The notes below the pieces were generated by a model. The model saw only the letters and a list, made by a program, of their open reading frames with translations. It did not search any database and had not been told where the DNA came from. Positions 62,166 through 64,000 of a stretch of DNA of 64,000 nucleotides are shown here, one piece after another. Source of the DNA: Spirochaetia bacterium (GTDB taxonomy: Bacteria; Spirochaetota; Spirochaetia; UBA9216); the NCBI GenBank assembly GCA_963675665.1, contig OY776510.1, forward strand, positions 3,990,019-4,054,018, in the 5' to 3' direction. The first letter of the stretch is position 1. Every line of letters begins with the position of its first letter. The translations under genes were made by a program, and so were the position numbers.

Positions 62166-63344
62166 CTACTGAATACTTTTCAATGCGTTTTTCGCCATTC
62201 GCATTGTCTGGTTGCTCCAGTTCGAATATTCCACCATCATAAGCACGGCATTTGCATTGGGATTTCCGCTTGCCCCCAGAGCATTTATGCATTCCCTGAT
62301 TGTACGTTCATCCTTGTACTGAATTCCGTCGGCGCGCCTCTGGTTATGGTATTCCAGGTAGCTTGTCAGCACTTCTACCGCACTGTCGCTAGAATAAGTG
62401 CCGAGCGCCTGCAGACATGTAATCTGTTCATTTACGGCTGTGCTTCTGTTAAGCATTAATCCGAGCCATTCTACAGCAGCCTCATCGGCAACAGAGAGAT
62501 CCCGAATCATTTCACAGGCCTTCAGTCTTGACCGGTCCTGAAACTGGCGCTCCGTAGGGGTAGCAGCATTATATAAAAGACCGACTTCAATTGCGGCAAT
62601 TGCCGCCTCAGTCATCCTGGTGGCGTCTGCACGGCTGCGCTCCTCCACCCCCAGGGCTGCAAACCTGACTTCAAACGTATTATCAGCCCTGATAATGTCA
62701 AGGATAAGATCTGTTGGATCTTCTATCATATTAGTTAGCGAACGTTCAGCCTTTTTAATACTTTCACGCGAGTATCTGCCTATCGATGCAAAAAAGACCG
62801 GTTCAAAGCCGACGGGATGTTTCAACCGTTCAAGGGCGAAAACACAGGCGTCAACAACGGATTCGCGCTGTTCATTGTTCTCAATCCTGATAATATCCGA
62901 GTTTATGTAACGCAGATGCTCAGCTATCTCGGCTGCGTAGTCCCGGGCCCCGGCGGAACCGAGGCTTGTAATCGCTGTTGCCCTGAGAAACTCATCCTCA
63001 GTATCCTGCATAACCTTGAACATTTCCGGCGCGGCATCGACAGCTTTCAGGCTGCCCAGTTCGAATATCATAATTCTGCATAAATCATCATACAGCTTCT
63101 GTTCATTAAAAGTTCTTGATTCGTCCCGTGAATATACAATTTCCTTAAGGGCTTCCGTTATTACCGGCACCATATCGCGATCATGCAGATTAACCATATT
63201 CTGCATTACGTCTATCCTGGCATCCAGATCGTATGTAGTATTATAAATTCGTGACCATACTGCCGCCGTTTCATTACCGAATGCCGGCAATACCGAAAAA
63301 ACAAGAACTGTTCCGAATGCAATTAATGCAAACTTCTTCTTCAT
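62166..63344 (-). CDS. Secreted HEAT-repeat protein
   Basis: 392 aa. Signal peptide. Several HEAT/PBS-lyase-like repeats (ATAITSLGSAGARDYAAEIAEHL; IRECINALGASGNPNANAVLMMV). Confidence 0.5.
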   Translation of the reverse strand: MKKKFALIAFGTVLVFSVLPAFGNETAAVWSRIYNTTYDLDARIDVMQNMVNLHDRDMVPVITEALKEIVYSRDESRTFNEQKLYDDLCRIMIFELGSLKAVDAAPEMFKVMQDTEDEFLRATAITSLGSAGARDYAAEIAEHLRYINSDIIRIENNEQRESVVDACVFALERLKHPVGFEPVFFASIGRYSRESIKKAERSLTNMIEDPTDLILDIIRADNTFEVRFAALGVEERSRADATRMTEAAIAAIEVGLLYNAATPTERQFQDRSRLKACEMIRDLSVADEAAVEWLGLMLNRSTAVNEQITCLQALGTYSSDSAVEVLTSYLEYHNQRRADGIQYKDERTIRECINALGASGNPNANAVLMMVEYSNWSNQTMRMAKNALKSIQ

Positions 63345-63353
63345 CCTGACTCC

Positions 63354-63989
63354 CTATTCCCACACAATAATTTCTTCCGAAATATATTCATACTCAGTTT
63401 CAGTCCAGTCTTTAAGATCGCCGTTCCCGTCGAAGTATTCAGCCTTTACGGGAGAACCGTACTCATCATTTACATATTTGACTGTCCGTGACACTGAACC
63501 GTTTGCCCTGAGAGCTTTTTCGACTGCAAGGTTTCCGTCGTTATAAACATACTCAACAGCGTCGACAAGTTTCTCATTCTGATAATGGTTTTTTCTGACA
63601 GGCATATTACCGGAATAATCAATCCCGAAATACTCAACAAGGTTCGCTCCGGCATCATATATTTCAATTCTGATGTTAAGTCCGTCTTTATAGATGTATT
63701 TTGTATCGGAAAGCACAACGCCGTCGCTGTCTGCAACACTCCAGTTCAATTTATTACCATGCTCATCGTATGAATATTTTGACAGGCTCTGCAATTGTCC
63801 TTCCGAATTAAATGATTCGCTTTTCTCAACAAAACCCGCCGAATTACAGGTAAGGATTTTCCACGACTGTATTTCGCCTCTTGCGTTAAATAAACTTCGT
63901 TTTGTCACATTATCAGAAATTTTTTCATAGACAACAGATTCAATAATCTCATCAAACGAATCAAACATGTCTTCTCTGGCAGGATTCAT
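63354..63989 (-). CDS. MORN-variant/YwqK-like repeat protein
   Basis: 211 aa. Repeated Y..G.L....EYxY.DG units (VEYVYNDGNLAVEKALRANG; EYFDGNGDLKDWTETEYEY) as in YwqK-type antitoxin/MORN-variant families. The stop is in the window; the start is assumed at the Met at 63989. Confidence 0.45.
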   Translation of the reverse strand: MNPAREDMFDSFDEIIESVVYEKISDNVTKRSLFNARGEIQSWKILTCNSAGFVEKSESFNSEGQLQSLSKYSYDEHGNKLNWSVADSDGVVLSDTKYIYKDGLNIRIEIYDAGANLVEYFGIDYSGNMPVRKNHYQNEKLVDAVEYVYNDGNLAVEKALRANGSVSRTVKYVNDEYGSPVKAEYFDGNGDLKDWTETEYEYISEEIIVWE

Positions 63990-64000
63990 ATCATCATTGA

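Overview
This ~64 kb window is a chromosomal segment from a spirochaete, most likely Treponema-like. The evidence for that placement: the 16S rRNA carries the spirochaete-type CAGCTAAGAATCTTCCGCAATGG and GGAAGAATACCGGTGGCGAAGGCG stretches; the dcw cluster has the reduced spirochaete order mraZ-rsmH-ftsL-murF-mraY-ftsW-ftsQ; and the 16S-23S spacer carries only tRNA-Ile.

Most genes are housekeeping. From left to right:
- the dcw division/cell-wall cluster (1-6147, minus strand);
- a tightly packed 5-gene minus-strand operon (6891-12073) containing a GH57 alpha-glucan enzyme, a DUF4912/Rho_N protein, a SAM methyltransferase, a catalytically degenerate LytM/M23 protein and a membrane-anchored protein;
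- cdd;
- nadK-recN plus a hypothetical gene;
- a DegT-like protein lacking the PLP lysine, and cheW.

An accessory-looking block spans ~17.6-36.2 kb and shows clear signs of flux:
- two inverted paralogous genes for large secreted proteins (signal peptide, transglutaminase-like core, TPR) at 17644-19782 (minus) and 29625-31691 (plus); the second copy is visibly more GC-rich than its surroundings;
- between them lie a beta-helix lipoprotein, a GGDEF cyclase, an MFS-HEAT fusion, an MCP gene with an in-frame TAG, and a 7TM-PAS-LuxR regulator frameshifted at an A8 tract;
- a complete IS66-family element (tnpA-tnpB-tnpC, 16-bp terminal inverted repeats (IRs), 8-bp ACAACTAC target-site duplication (TSD)) cleanly splits a repeat-rich surface lipoprotein gene.

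Directly downstream is a minus-strand rrn operon (16S, tRNA-Ile, 23S, 5S). Its spacers and leader carry a family of GAAGTT...AACTTC palindromes.

The remainder contains:
- adk;
- a UPRTase with N- and C-terminal extensions;
- a tRNA-Lys/tRNA-Glu pair with a strong sigma70-like promoter;
- a MiaB-like methylthiotransferase, a bactofilin, a short TyrA-family prephenate dehydrogenase and pta;
- a GntR-controlled sugar ABC transporter/FGGY-kinase operon that unusually contains a TrpA (tryptophan synthase alpha) paralog;
- a lysine riboswitch (L-box) in front of dapB-dapA.

I found no CRISPR array, no recognisable defence-system genes (nuclease, helicase, reverse transcriptase), no integrase and no phage block. 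The 63354-63989 product resembles a YwqK-type antitoxin, and 6328-6857 is an overlapping small-ORF pair, but no toxin or toxin-antitoxin system can be supported. The most unusual content is the decaying accessory block with its recent IS66 insertion, the GC-deviant paralog and the orphan TrpA-like gene.
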